Notes: generated from the sequence alone by a model not told the origin. DNA of 50,912 bases from Pseudomonadota bacterium (GCA_043820105.1 JBDREC010000031.1:1-50912), one strand, 5' to 3'; numbered from the stretch's first letter, positions 26,678-37,859 are shown. Translations and numbers: made by a program.

Positions 26678-28252
26678 ATGACAAAACTTTTTGAATATAA
26701 ATCAAAAGAACTATTATCACAAAATAAGATTAAAATCCCTTTTGGAAAAATTGCTAAATCAGTTGATGATGCAACTTCAATCTATGAAGAACTACAAGGC
26801 ACTGTTATGATTAAAGGGCAAGCCTTTGTAACTGGAAGAGCTGATAAAGGAGCTATAAAAAAAGCAAGTTCCAAAGATGAAGTTAAAAAGTATGTTTTAG
26901 AAATGCTAAAATTAAAACTCGGTGGATTCGCTGTTGACAATATTTTGATTGAAAAGTGCGAAGACATTCAAAATGAAATGTTTGCTGGTGTAATAATTGA
27001 TGACAGCAATAAATGTCCTGTGCTTATTTTTAGTAAAAAAGGTGGGACAGGGATTGAAGAAATTGCAAAAGAATTTCCTGATTCAATAATCAAGCACCCA
27101 ATAAATATTAAAGACGGCCTAGAAGGCTATACAATTAGAAACCTATTGCGAAAAATTGAGATTACTGGAAATTTACAAACTAAGCTAGCTCTTTTCTTGC
27201 TTAATCTTTATAAGGTTTTCAGAAAATATGATTTAAGATCAATTGAAGTTAATCCAATTGGCTGGACTAAAGATGAAAATGTTGTAGCCCTTGATTGTCA
27301 TGCTACAGTTGATGATTATGCAGTCTTTAGACATCCTGAGCTTAATATTGATTTTGCAAGGGAACTTGATCATGCGCCTACATCACTTGAAAAAATAGCT
27401 TATAAAATTGAAAAAGATGATTTTAGAGGAACTTTTTTCTTTATTCAAACAGAAATACAAAGAAGCAAAGGCGAAAAATATTTAGGTTTTCATGGAGCAG
27501 GTGGTGGTGGGTCAATGATGGCAATGGATGCTATTTTAAATGAAGGATATAAAGTCGTAAATTTTTGTGATACTTCAGGAAATCCTCCTGCTTCAAAGGT
27601 TTATAGAGCAGCGAAAATCATTTTATCTCAACCCGGAATAATTGGATATTTTGGATCTGGCTCAGGTGTCGCATCTCAGGAGCAATTCCACTCCGCGCGC
27701 GGTCTTGTCAAAGCTTTTAATGAAGACAAAATTAAAATTCCTGTTGTTATTAGACTTGGTGGAAATTCAGAAGAACAAGCAATCAATATCTTAGAAAACT
27801 ACACTAAAGATTTAAATATTCCTATCAAATGCTATGGGAAAGATACACCTGTGCAGGAATGCGCTGAGGTTTTGGATAATTTAATAAAAGAAAACTGGAA
27901 TAAGTTAAAATCACTTCATGAAGAACCTAGTCTAAATCATATATCAAAAGCAGAAGATAAAATGGAAAAGATAAATGCATCCTATTCATTTAAGACGGTT
28001 ACAAATGGTACTATAAGTTTTGATTATGATAAGTGTAAAACTTGTGACAGCAAAGTTTGCATTGAGTCTTGCGTTTCAAAAATATTGGAACTAAATAAAA
28101 ATGTTCCAGCTTTAAATATTTCTTTTGAAGATGCAAAAAAAGGGAAGTGTTCTGAATGCCTGGCCTGCGAAGTTGAATGCCAATATGGTGGAGGCAACGA
28201 AGGATGCAGGATCATGCTTCCCATTGAAGGTCTTGATAAAGAAAGAAATTAA
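26678..28252 (+). CDS. succinyl-/citryl-CoA synthetase beta-like ATP-grasp subunit with C-terminal 4Fe-4S ferredoxin-like domain
   Basis: LFEYKSKELL, GGTGIEE, EVNP, GAGGGGS, DTSGNP, VIRLGGN. The C-terminus has CKTCDSKVCIESC and CSECLACEVEC. Confidence 0.8.
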   Translation: MTKLFEYKSKELLSQNKIKIPFGKIAKSVDDATSIYEELQGTVMIKGQAFVTGRADKGAIKKASSKDEVKKYVLEMLKLKLGGFAVDNILIEKCEDIQNEMFAGVIIDDSNKCPVLIFSKKGGTGIEEIAKEFPDSIIKHPINIKDGLEGYTIRNLLRKIEITGNLQTKLALFLLNLYKVFRKYDLRSIEVNPIGWTKDENVVALDCHATVDDYAVFRHPELNIDFARELDHAPTSLEKIAYKIEKDDFRGTFFFIQTEIQRSKGEKYLGFHGAGGGGSMMAMDAILNEGYKVVNFCDTSGNPPASKVYRAAKIILSQPGIIGYFGSGSGVASQEQFHSARGLVKAFNEDKIKIPVVIRLGGNSEEQAINILENYTKDLNIPIKCYGKDTPVQECAEVLDNLIKENWNKLKSLHEEPSLNHISKAEDKMEKINASYSFKTVTNGTISFDYDKCKTCDSKVCIESCVSKILELNKNVPALNISFEDAKKGKCSECLACEVECQYGGGNEGCRIMLPIEGLDKERN

Positions 28253-28256
28253 TTTC

Positions 28257-28323
28257 AGTCGTAAGTAGTATGTTGTAAGTCGTAAGAAATACTTACCACT
28301 TACCACTTACCACTTACCACTTA
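28257..28323. repeat. inverted heptamer micro-arrays (AGTCGTA-like x4 / ACTTACC x4)
   Basis: Fills the gap between the stop at 28252 and the GGAGA RBS of the next gene. Confidence 0.8.
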
Positions 28324-28334
28324 TCGGAGATAAC

Positions 28335-29234
28335 ATGTCCATTATTATTGATGAAAAGAAAAAAATCCTAATTCAAGGAATCACTGGAAGAGAAGGCTCT
28401 ACTAGAGCTAAACTAATGAAAGATTATGGAAGCAACGTTGTAGCTGGTTGCACGCCAGGCAAGGGTGGGCAAGAAGTGAATGGTATACCTGTTTTTGATA
28501 CGGCCGAAGAAGCTGTAGAAGAAACTGGACAAATTGATATTAGTGTTATTTTTGTTCCAGCGCCCCTTGTAAAAGAAGCCGCCTTAGAAGCTTTTGATGC
28601 TAAAATTCCTTTAGCCGTAATTATTCCTGACAGAGTTCCAATCCATGATGTATTAGAAATTTCTGAAAGGGCTAAAAAACTTGGCTTTAATTTTATTGGA
28701 CCTAATACTTTGGGTGTTTTATCTCCTGGGAAAGGCCTTTTAGGAATGATTGGTGGGAAATCTGAATCTGCAAAGCACTGGTTTAAAAAAGGTAAAATTG
28801 GTGTTGTTTCCAGATCAGGTGGAATGACCTCATCACTTGCTTATTATTTAAACCAGGAAAATATTGGGCAAACAACAATTGTTCATGTTGGGGGTGATGC
28901 GATAATAGGAATGCCTATTGCTGATGTAATGCTGGAATTTGAAAAAGATCCTGAAACAGAAGCTATGGTTATGTTCGGAGAAATTGGAACAAGCCAGGAA
29001 GAAGAAGTTGCTCGCTTAGTTAAAGAAGGTAAAATTAGCAAAAAAATAATTGCATATATTGGCGGAAAAGCAGCTAAAGAAGGAACCCGTTTTTCTCATG
29101 CTGGGGCTATAATAGAAGGAAATAAGGGTTCTTATCATGGTAAAGTATCTAGTTTAAAGGAAGCTGGAGTACATGTTGTTGAGAACTTCAATGATATTCC
29201 AAAAGTAACTAAAAATGTTTTAGGTATAAAATAA
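28335..29234 (+). CDS. succinyl-/citryl-CoA synthetase alpha-like subunit (SucD family)
   Basis: IQGITGREG, IFVPAP, IGPNTLG, SRSGG, GEIG, phospho-His motif FSHAGA. Confidence 0.85.
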   Translation: MSIIIDEKKKILIQGITGREGSTRAKLMKDYGSNVVAGCTPGKGGQEVNGIPVFDTAEEAVEETGQIDISVIFVPAPLVKEAALEAFDAKIPLAVIIPDRVPIHDVLEISERAKKLGFNFIGPNTLGVLSPGKGLLGMIGGKSESAKHWFKKGKIGVVSRSGGMTSSLAYYLNQENIGQTTIVHVGGDAIIGMPIADVMLEFEKDPETEAMVMFGEIGTSQEEEVARLVKEGKISKKIIAYIGGKAAKEGTRFSHAGAIIEGNKGSYHGKVSSLKEAGVHVVENFNDIPKVTKNVLGIK

Positions 29235-29246
29235 AAAGGAGTTATA

Positions 29247-30005
29247 ATGTCAGAATTCACCTGGGAAACAAAAATCACAAAAATTGAACCAAATAAATTA
29301 ACAGTTCGGGGACATAAGCTTGATGAGCTTATTGGCAAAGCAAAATATTCGGACATGGTTTATCTTTTACTCAAAGGAAATTTTCCAAATCAGGAAGTTT
29401 CAAATATTTTTGAAGCTATTTTAGTCTCTTCTGTTGATCATGGTGTTACACCTCCATCTACAATCGCAGCCAGAACTTCAGCTTCATCCGGGGCGCCTAT
29501 AAATGCAGCTTTAGCAGCTGGCATTTTGACAATAAATAAGCATCATGGTGGGGCTATAGAAAATTGCATGAATACATTAATAAATATTAAAAATATAACT
29601 AAGGGAAATGATCTTAAGCTTGAAGAATATATACAAAAGCTTGTTAAAGAAAACCGAGCAAATAAAATTCGATTTTCTGGTTTTGGCCACAGAATTCACA
29701 CTGATGATCCTAGGACTAAAAAGCTGTTTGAAATAGCAGAAAAAAATAATATTTGTAAAACTTATTTTCAGATCATTAGGTGCTTAGAGATAACAATTGA
29801 AAAAGAATATGGTAAAAAGCTACCAATTAATGTTGATGGTGCTATAGCTGCTATTTTATGCGAGCTTGATTTTAACTCAAAACTTGCTAATGCTTTTTTT
29901 ATAATTTCCAGGCTTCCTGGTTTATGTGCTCATATCCAAGAAGAGTATTCTATGAAACCTATGCGAACAATTGTGCCTAAAGAAGCTGAATATACTGGAA
30001 AATAA
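29247..30005 (+). CDS. citryl-CoA lyase-like protein (citrate synthase family)
   Basis: W.TKIT, DHGVTPPST, HHGGA, GFGHRIH..DPR, NVDGAIAA; short (252 aa). Confidence 0.85.
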   Translation: MSEFTWETKITKIEPNKLTVRGHKLDELIGKAKYSDMVYLLLKGNFPNQEVSNIFEAILVSSVDHGVTPPSTIAARTSASSGAPINAALAAGILTINKHHGGAIENCMNTLINIKNITKGNDLKLEEYIQKLVKENRANKIRFSGFGHRIHTDDPRTKKLFEIAEKNNICKTYFQIIRCLEITIEKEYGKKLPINVDGAIAAILCELDFNSKLANAFFIISRLPGLCAHIQEEYSMKPMRTIVPKEAEYTGK

Positions 30006-30025
30006 TTTAGCTATCTATATTTAAT

Positions 30026-33000
30026 CTAATCATCAAACCATCTATAAATAGCTGGAATCATAAATAAGGTTAAAAAAGTTGATGTAATTAAGCCAAAAAT
30101 TACGACTGTTGCAAGGGGTCTTTGAATTTCTGAACCAATTCCTTTAGAAAACAATAATGGTGATAGGCCAAGGACAGTGGTCAGTGCTGTCATTAAAACA
30201 GGACGTACTCGAAGAAGTGCTCCCTCAATTACAGCTTTTTCTACAATAAGACCAGATAAGCGAAGATCCTTTATATATGTTACAAGCACTAATCCATTTT
30301 GGATAGCAATACCGAATAAAGCAATAAAGCCAACGGCTGCTGGAACTGAAAGAAATTCACCCATAATTAACAAGCCAAAAACGCCCCCAATTAAAGCCAA
30401 TGGAACATTCAAAATAATAAGCAGGCAAAGTTTAATTGAAGCGAAGTTCAAATAAAGCATTATAAAAATAAGAGTTAATATAATGGGAATAATAATCGCC
30501 AACCGCCGCATAGCTCTTTGTTGGTTTTCAAATTGGCCACCAAATTCAATAGTATATCCTGGAGGCATGGAAAGCTTTTCATTTATTCTATGTTTAATAT
30601 CACTAATAACAGATCCTAAATCCCTTCCTCGAATGTTTGCTTGAACTGTCCATTTTCTTTGATTCTTTTCTCTGTTTATTTGAATAGGGCCATTAAGTTT
30701 TTTTATACTGGCAATTAGAGATAAAGGTATATTTATTCCATCTTTATTTGTAACTAAAAGATTTTCTATATTACTAACGTTATCCCTGAAAATATTATCA
30801 TAACGAACATGAATGCCAAAACTTCTATTATTGATATAAATATTATCAATGACCTCGCCACCCAAAGCGATTTCTATTAATTTAATTATTTCACTAGTAT
30901 CAACGTTATAGCGTGCACATACTTGCCTATCAGGAATAATCTGAACCTGCGGCTGGCCAAAGCTTTGTTCAACGAATAAATCCTTTAGTCCTTCAACATT
31001 CTCAATAATATTCTTTATTTCATTTGCTTTATTTCGCAGAACGCTTAGATCTTCTCCAAATATATTTATAGCTATATCTGTCTTAACACCAGATAATAAT
31101 TCATCAAAAGCATTTTGAATTGGTTGTGAAAAATTTAATTGAACGCCTGGATATTGTTTTAAGCGCTTATCAATTTTGTTTATTAAATCATTTTTATTGC
31201 CAAAGTTTTTCCATTTATTAACATCTTCTAATGCAATAAAAATTTCAGCATAATTTATAGGATGCGGGTGGCTTCCAGTTTCAGGTCGTCCTATCCTTGA
31301 AATGGTCTGATGAACTTCAGGGAATTTAACAATCTCCTTTTCTAGGCTTTTAATAGTTTCAGTTGCTTTTTCTAGGGATATTGAAGGTGCCATCGTAACA
31401 CCAATTTGAATAGATCCTTCTTCTAGCCTAGGCATGAATTCAGTACCAATATTAAATAAAATAAAAATGCTAATTAAAAATAGGATAAAAATCATTGAGA
31501 GTAAATATTTTTTTGTTTTAATGGCTGACTTCAATAAAAAATGATAATAGTTTGTAATTTTGTCAATAATAAATATTTTAACTTTAATGTCTTTTTTCAG
31601 GAAAATTGAGCATATTACTGGAGAAACAATTAAAGCTGTAAACAAGGATCCAATTAAAGCAAAACTAATAGTATAGGCAATTGGAGAAAACATTTTTCCT
31701 TCAATACCTTCTAAAGTAAAAATTGGTAAAAGAACTATAACAATAATCAAAGTAGAGAATAAAATAGGTCTGGCAACTTCTCTGGATGCTTGCAAAATAA
31801 CTTCTTTTTTATCAATTTCTTCTAATTGATTTTGAGCAAATTTTCTGGAAATATTTTCAACAATTACAATTGAACCATCAGCAAGCATTCCTATTGCAAT
31901 CGCTAAGCCTCCTAAAGACATAAGATTAGCAGATAGTCCAGAAAACCCCATCATAATAAATGTAATAAAAGCACAAATTGGCAGAGATAATGTTACTATT
32001 AAGGCAGTCCTTATATTACCAAGAAAAATTATTAATGTTAAAACAACAAGCAAGGCTCCAATTAAAAGGGCTTTTATTACAGTTAATGTTGCCTTATTAA
32101 CCAGTTCTGCTTGCTCATAATAGGGAATTAGTTTTACACCCTTGGGTAATGAGCTTTGAATTTCTGATATTTTTTCATAAAGATTTTTAATTACTTCTGA
32201 AGTATTTTCATTATACAATTGTAAAACCATTCCAGAAACAACTTCTTCTTCTCCATTTCTCGTTACCACACCTCTTCTTATTTCATTACCATACTCAACT
32301 CTAGCTATGTCTTTTATTGTTATAGGTACTTGCTTAATATTTTTTATTGGAATATTTTGGATATCTTCCTTTTTAGTTAATAGACCAATTCCTCTCAGTA
32401 AATATTCTTCAGAATTAATTACTAAAAATTGTCCGCCAGCATTTTTATTATTATTCCTAACTGATTCAATAAGTTCATTAAGACTAATATCATACTTGGC
32501 CATAGAATAAGGATTAAGTTTTATTTGATATTGAAGAACATGACCTCCAATTGAGAGAATATCTGTCACTCCTTTTATTGATTGGAGTTTTATTTTTACA
32601 ATCCAATCATTAATTTCTCTAAGATAGGTGTTTTTTTCTTTGCCTCCGCAATCTAAATTATCTTCTCCAACTAAATAATACATAAAAATCTGGCCTAAGC
32701 CAGAAGAAATAGGTCCCAAGACCGGCGGTTCATGCATTTCAGGAAGGTCTGCCGTAGCACTTACGAGCCTCTGGGCTACAATCTGCCTTGCAAAATATAT
32801 ATCAACTGAATCTTCAAAATAAATATAAATGACTGCCATTCCAAAAGCAGAAGTTGATTTGATTTTTGTAACAGATGGCAAACCATTCATGGCAGATTCT
32901 ATAGGATATGTTATAAACCTTTCAATTTCTTCAGGAGCCATTCCATGGGCTTCAGCAAATACAGGAACCATTACCGGAGAAATATCAGGAAAAGCGTCAA

Positions 33001-33106
33001 CTGGTAACTTATTATATTGATATAAACCAAATGCAATAATTAAAAACACAAGCAATACTATTAAAAGGCGGTTTTTTAGAGAAATTATCATGAGTTTTTC
33101 TATCAT
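30026..33106 (-). CDS. CusA/CzcA family heavy-metal efflux RND transporter
   Basis: LPVDAFPDIS, ANLMSLGGLAIAIGM, EGKMFSP, GFIALFGIAIQNG, RVRPVLMTA, GSEIQRPLA. Confidence 0.93.
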   Translation of the reverse strand: MIEKLMIISLKNRLLIVLLVFLIIAFGLYQYNKLPVDAFPDISPVMVPVFAEAHGMAPEEIERFITYPIESAMNGLPSVTKIKSTSAFGMAVIYIYFEDSVDIYFARQIVAQRLVSATADLPEMHEPPVLGPISSGLGQIFMYYLVGEDNLDCGGKEKNTYLREINDWIVKIKLQSIKGVTDILSIGGHVLQYQIKLNPYSMAKYDISLNELIESVRNNNKNAGGQFLVINSEEYLLRGIGLLTKKEDIQNIPIKNIKQVPITIKDIARVEYGNEIRRGVVTRNGEEEVVSGMVLQLYNENTSEVIKNLYEKISEIQSSLPKGVKLIPYYEQAELVNKATLTVIKALLIGALLVVLTLIIFLGNIRTALIVTLSLPICAFITFIMMGFSGLSANLMSLGGLAIAIGMLADGSIVIVENISRKFAQNQLEEIDKKEVILQASREVARPILFSTLIIVIVLLPIFTLEGIEGKMFSPIAYTISFALIGSLFTALIVSPVICSIFLKKDIKVKIFIIDKITNYYHFLLKSAIKTKKYLLSMIFILFLISIFILFNIGTEFMPRLEEGSIQIGVTMAPSISLEKATETIKSLEKEIVKFPEVHQTISRIGRPETGSHPHPINYAEIFIALEDVNKWKNFGNKNDLINKIDKRLKQYPGVQLNFSQPIQNAFDELLSGVKTDIAINIFGEDLSVLRNKANEIKNIIENVEGLKDLFVEQSFGQPQVQIIPDRQVCARYNVDTSEIIKLIEIALGGEVIDNIYINNRSFGIHVRYDNIFRDNVSNIENLLVTNKDGINIPLSLIASIKKLNGPIQINREKNQRKWTVQANIRGRDLGSVISDIKHRINEKLSMPPGYTIEFGGQFENQQRAMRRLAIIIPIILTLIFIMLYLNFASIKLCLLIILNVPLALIGGVFGLLIMGEFLSVPAAVGFIALFGIAIQNGLVLVTYIKDLRLSGLIVEKAVIEGALLRVRPVLMTALTTVLGLSPLLFSKGIGSEIQRPLATVVIFGLITSTFLTLFMIPAIYRWFDD

Positions 33107-33121
33107 TTAATACCCTCTTTA

Positions 33122-34147
33122 TTAATGTCCATGGCCAGCATGCTCTGAAAGTCCCTCAGTAATCAGTTTTGATTTTAATTCAAAAGAACCTTCTATTACA
33201 TATTCGTCATTAAGCTTTAAGCCTCTTTTAACATGGACATAATCGCCATCGGCTTCGCCAATGATAATTTCAATAGCTTTAAACTCGTTATTGTTAATCG
33301 GAACAAAAACCTTTTGTATAGAATTTATACTTTGAATAGCTTTTAATTTAATTACAGGAAGTTTGTTTTTATATATATTGCTTTGAATAATTCCATTTAC
33401 AAATATTGCCGGTTTCCATATGTGATCTTTATTATCTAATACTACTTTAGCAATTGCTGTGCGATTTTTTTTATCAAGATAAGGACTTATGTATGAAATA
33501 ATTCCCATTCTTTCTTTTTGATTATCATTACTCCTTATTAATATCTTTTGTCCTTTTTTTATATAATTTAAATCTTTTTCAAAAACATTAAAATTTGCCC
33601 ATACATCATTAAGGTTTGCTATTTTGTAAATAACTTTATCTGGCGTTAAAATTTCACCAAGTGAAAGTTGCTTATATATAATTTGTCCGGAAATTAATGA
33701 TATTACATTATAATTTGATAGGCTCTCATTACTTTCAATAATTGCAAGAACTTCCCCTTCTTTTACAGAATCACCAACATTTTTTAATACTTTTTTGACA
33801 ATCCCAGGAAATCTAGGTGAAATAGTCACAAAATTGTCTTCATTAAATCCGATTTCTCCAAGGAGAGTTGTTTTTCTTTCTAAATTTCTTAATTCAACTT
33901 TTTCCTTTTTTATTTTCGCAAGTCTTACTGATTCATCTGAAATATGCACAGTATCAACTATTTCATTAACGGAAATATGATCATCATTGTTATCAACACC
34001 AAGCTCCGTCTCTGTCTCATGGTCAGTCTCATGCTCATGATCGTGAGACTGATCATTAATTTTATTTTTTTCACAAGCACTAATTAAAAATAATATTCCT
34101 AAAAGTAAGCCAATATATACTAAGTTGTTTTTACTTCTTTTTATCAT
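33122..34147 (-). CDS. RND periplasmic adaptor (CzcB-like) with His-rich segments
   Basis: Lipobox-like LISAC, HDHEHETDHE, lipoyl-like half motifs, C-terminal HAGHGH. Confidence 0.85.
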   Translation of the reverse strand: MIKRSKNNLVYIGLLLGILFLISACEKNKINDQSHDHEHETDHETETELGVDNNDDHISVNEIVDTVHISDESVRLAKIKKEKVELRNLERKTTLLGEIGFNEDNFVTISPRFPGIVKKVLKNVGDSVKEGEVLAIIESNESLSNYNVISLISGQIIYKQLSLGEILTPDKVIYKIANLNDVWANFNVFEKDLNYIKKGQKILIRSNDNQKERMGIISYISPYLDKKNRTAIAKVVLDNKDHIWKPAIFVNGIIQSNIYKNKLPVIKLKAIQSINSIQKVFVPINNNEFKAIEIIIGEADGDYVHVKRGLKLNDEYVIEGSFELKSKLITEGLSEHAGHGH

Positions 34148-34195
34148 TCAAAACTCCTTTTCAGTCAATTTTATCAAAAGCTATAAATATTTTTA

Positions 34196-35431
34196 CTACA
34201 TATTATCAAATGATATTTGTAAGTCTTTTTCCAATTCATATTGTTTTTTAGAAAAAGCTAATTTTGAATCAAGTAATGATGATTCGATTTTAATAAGTTG
34301 TTTTTGAGTATCCATAAGTTCTAAATAACTCACTTTTCCAAGCTTGTAATATTTTTCAAGCTTTGTATATGATTTATTTGTCATTGGTAATATCTCATTT
34401 TCAAGAAGTGCAACTTCCTTTTTCAAGATGATTAGGTCTTCATATAAATTAGCAATTTGGCATTCTAGGTTATTTTTTAGGCTGGCAAGATTTTTGCTTT
34501 CTATTTTTTGATCTATCCAAGCTGCACTTATTTCGCCTTGATTTCTATTAAAAATAGGCAGCCCAATGCCTAAAGAAAATATAAATACATTTTCATCATC
34601 TGGAAAAATACGTTTATAACCAAATCCAATAGATAAGTCAGGTACTCTTAATGCTTTATTAAATTGCACTTCATTTTCTTTTTTATTTAATATAATATTT
34701 TGTCTTTTTAAATTAAGGTTATTTTGCAATGTTTTTTGTAATTCACTTAAGCTAGGAATTTTTTTAGGAATTAAGATTTCATCTAATAAAGTATCAAAAT
34801 CAGGTACTGTGCTTTCCCACATTACTGCTAAATTCTTTTTTGCTATTCTATATTCTTTATGCAAATTTAATTGGCTGAATTTACTCATTGCCAGCTTAAT
34901 ATTAGCTCTATCTATTTCAACTGAAGATCCTGACCCAAGAGTGTTTCTTTTATCACAAGATTTAAGAATATCTTCATTGAGTTTATGTACTTTTTCCAGC
35001 AATTTAAGCTTTTTTTGAATTAGTAAGCAGTCTAAATATTTAATCTTTACTTCATAAACGATCTTTGCTAGTCCAATATTATAATCAATTATTGCAAGTT
35101 CTTTATTTTTTTCAAAAACACTTAGGCGTTTAGCTCTCTTGCCACCAAGCTCAAATAATTGATTCAACATTATTTCATTTTCGCCATAAACAAAGTTTTC
35201 ACTAACAATTTCAAGCTCTGGGTTTGGAATTAGTCGTGCATTCCTAATAAGATTATTTTTTAATTCAATATCTAATTTAGCTGCTTTTAATTGATAATTA
35301 CTTTTTAAGGTCTTAGAAATTGCTTCATTGAGTGTTATAATGTTTTTATTACTTTTTTTTTTAATTGCATAACTATTAATAGCTAGCATACAAACAAAAC
35401 AAGAACAAATTATTATCAAAAAGCGTTTCAT
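34196..35431 (-). CDS. TolC/CzcC family outer-membrane factor
   Basis: Signal peptide, PNPEL, FELGGKR, LPIFNRNQG, Y..G..SYLELMD. Confidence 0.88.
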   Translation of the reverse strand: MKRFLIIICSCFVCMLAINSYAIKKKSNKNIITLNEAISKTLKSNYQLKAAKLDIELKNNLIRNARLIPNPELEIVSENFVYGENEIMLNQLFELGGKRAKRLSVFEKNKELAIIDYNIGLAKIVYEVKIKYLDCLLIQKKLKLLEKVHKLNEDILKSCDKRNTLGSGSSVEIDRANIKLAMSKFSQLNLHKEYRIAKKNLAVMWESTVPDFDTLLDEILIPKKIPSLSELQKTLQNNLNLKRQNIILNKKENEVQFNKALRVPDLSIGFGYKRIFPDDENVFIFSLGIGLPIFNRNQGEISAAWIDQKIESKNLASLKNNLECQIANLYEDLIILKKEVALLENEILPMTNKSYTKLEKYYKLGKVSYLELMDTQKQLIKIESSLLDSKLAFSKKQYELEKDLQISFDNM

Positions 35432-35572
35432 AAGACTTGTTCCTTATAAATATAACTTATAATTTTTATTAATTTTATGTATTTGATTCGAAATTGTCGA
35501 GCTAAAGTTTTATTTAAATATAGAAATAATTTTTGTTAATTTAAGAAAAAAGCTGAAATAATTTTTTTTTTA

Positions 35573-36166
35573 TTATTCTTCTTTTTTAATTTCTTCTGTT
35601 GATTCTACCTGCTCTTCTTTAACTACTTCTTTTACTTCTGCGTGAACTTCTTCTACTGGTGCTACTTCTTGGCTAACTTCTTGAGTAACTTCTTCAACAA
35701 CATCCGCAACTTCAGCATTTTCTTCTGTAAGGGCTTCTACTTCTTTTACTTCAACTACAGATTCTGCTGCTTTTTTAGTTTTAGCTTTTTTGTTCTTTTT
35801 GTCTTCTTTTTCCTTACTTACAAGTTCAATTAAAGCCATCTTAGCAGCATCGCCTTTTCTGTTAGCAAGCTTGTAAATTCTAGTATATCCACCAGCTCGG
35901 CCTTCCATTTGGGTAACGATCTGAGTAAATATTTTTCTAACAACTTCCTTTTCTCTAATAACATCAGCAACAAGTCTTCTAGAATGAAGGTCTTGTCTTT
36001 TTGCCTGAGTAATTATTTTTTCAACAATTGATCTTAACTCTTTAGCCTTTTCATCTGTTGTAACAATCTTTTCATGTTTAAACAGAGAAGTCGCCATATT
36101 GTGAAACATAGCTTGTCTATGACTAGAGGTTCTGCTCAATTTTCGGTATGCTTTCCTATGTCGCAT
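35573..36166 (-). CDS. rplQ: 50S ribosomal protein L17 with acidic C-terminal extension
   Basis: MRHRK..RKLSR..SHR, GGYTRI, GD.A.MALIEL. Confidence 0.97.
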   Translation of the reverse strand: MRHRKAYRKLSRTSSHRQAMFHNMATSLFKHEKIVTTDEKAKELRSIVEKIITQAKRQDLHSRRLVADVIREKEVVRKIFTQIVTQMEGRAGGYTRIYKLANRKGDAAKMALIELVSKEKEDKKNKKAKTKKAAESVVEVKEVEALTEENAEVADVVEEVTQEVSQEVAPVEEVHAEVKEVVKEEQVESTEEIKKEE

Positions 36167-36177
36167 TTTTTCGCTCC

Positions 36178-37212
36178 TTAGTAATCTTCAGGTTCTTGTG
36201 GTTCTATTACTTTAACTGGGCCTTCTTCAGGAGGTGTCCAGTTATCAAATTTCATTCCTAATGAAATATTCATTTCAGAAAGAATCTCTTTAATTTCATT
36301 TAATGACTTACGGCCGAAATTCTTAGTTTTAAGCATTTCAGCTTCTGTTTTTCTAACAAGTTCACCAATATATTTAATCTTAGCGTTTTGTAAGCAGTTA
36401 GCAGATCTAACAGATAATTCAAGTTCATCAACTTTTTTATTAAGGTTTCTAACCATAACATCTTCTTCCTTAACTTTTCTTGGTTTAACCTTAACAACTT
36501 CTTCTTCTTCTTCAAAGTTAATGAAAATTGTAACCTGATCTTTTAATATTTTAGCAGCATATGCTACAGCATCTTCAGGTTTAACACTTCCATCTGTCCA
36601 AACTTCTAATATTAGCTTATCATAATCTGTATGTTGTCCAACACGAGCATTGGTAACCTTAAAATCAACCTTTTTAATAGGTGAATACAAGGAATCAACC
36701 GCAATTGATTCAACATCATATTCAACATCTTCTTTATTCATGTCTGCTGTTGCATAACCCTTGCCCATTTTCAAATACATAGTAGCTTTTATTTTTCCAC
36801 CACTATAGATTTTTGCAAGATGTTGCTCAGGATTTAAAATATCAATTCCCATTGGGCATTGAATATCAGCAGCAGTGACATCTTTTTCGCCACTTACATC
36901 TAGTGTTAATGTAGCGTTTTCAATTTCAATTGTTTTAAATCTAACTTCTTTTAGATTTAAAATAATATCAGTAACATCTTCTGCTACATTTTTTAATGTG
37001 GCGAATTCATGTTTAGCTTCATCAATTTTCACAAAAGATATCGCAGCACCCTGTAAGGATGATAATAATATCCTTCTAAGAGAATTTCCAAGGGTGATTC
37101 CAAAACCTCTTTCAAGTGGTTTGGCTTCAAATTTTCCATATTTTTCAGTTAAAGAATTTTTGTCAACTAAAACGGATGATGGTTTTGTTAACTCTGTCCA
37201 ATTTTTATACAT
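36178..37212 (-). CDS. rpoA: RNA polymerase alpha subunit
   Basis: [37 protein letters not shown]. Confidence 0.98.
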   Translation of the reverse strand: MYKNWTELTKPSSVLVDKNSLTEKYGKFEAKPLERGFGITLGNSLRRILLSSLQGAAISFVKIDEAKHEFATLKNVAEDVTDIILNLKEVRFKTIEIENATLTLDVSGEKDVTAADIQCPMGIDILNPEQHLAKIYSGGKIKATMYLKMGKGYATADMNKEDVEYDVESIAVDSLYSPIKKVDFKVTNARVGQHTDYDKLILEVWTDGSVKPEDAVAYAAKILKDQVTIFINFEEEEEVVKVKPRKVKEEDVMVRNLNKKVDELELSVRSANCLQNAKIKYIGELVRKTEAEMLKTKNFGRKSLNEIKEILSEMNISLGMKFDNWTPPEEGPVKVIEPQEPEDY

Positions 37213-37232
37213 ATTAATACCCCTTTGAAAAA

Positions 37233-37859
37233 TTATTTCGAATATAATTCAACAATTAACTGTTCATTAATTGGGATTGTTAAATCATCCCTTTCAGGCA
37301 ATGTGGTAACTTCACAGCTAAATTTATCTTTTTCTAGGTTAAGCCACCTCGGAACACCTCTTTTATCAGCTAAATCAAGAGCATATAGAATAGATGCTAC
37401 ATTCTGACTTTTTTCTTTAACAGTAACAACATCATTAACATTTAACTTATAGGAAGGAATGTTAACAGATTTACCATTAATCAAGAAATGATTATGTCTA
37501 ACAAGTTGTCTTGCATTGTTTCGGGAAACAGCAAAGCCCATCCTGTAAATCATATTATCAAGTCTTTGTTCAAGAGATAATAATAAAAGCCAGCCAGTAA
37601 CACCTTTTTTGCTAGCAGCTTCTGCAAAATATCTTCTAAAACCTTTTTCTAAAACACCATAGAGTCTTTTCACTTTTTGTTTTTCTCTAAGTTGAACTCC
37701 ATAATCTGAGTGTTTTTTTCTTGAATTACCATGCTGTCCAGGAGCATAGCTTCTTCTTTCAAAAGCACATTTTTCTGTTTCACATCTTTCACCTTTGAGT
37801 TGAAGCTTTAAGCCTTCTCTTCTACACAACCTACATGAGGAACTATTATATCTAGCCAA
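37233..37859 (-). CDS. rpsD: 30S ribosomal protein S4
   Basis: [24 protein letters not shown]. Confidence 0.98.
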   Translation of the reverse strand: MARYNSSSCRLCRREGLKLQLKGERCETEKCAFERRSYAPGQHGNSRKKHSDYGVQLREKQKVKRLYGVLEKGFRRYFAEAASKKGVTGWLLLLSLEQRLDNMIYRMGFAVSRNNARQLVRHNHFLINGKSVNIPSYKLNVNDVVTVKEKSQNVASILYALDLADKRGVPRWLNLEKDKFSCEVTTLPERDDLTIPINEQLIVELYSK

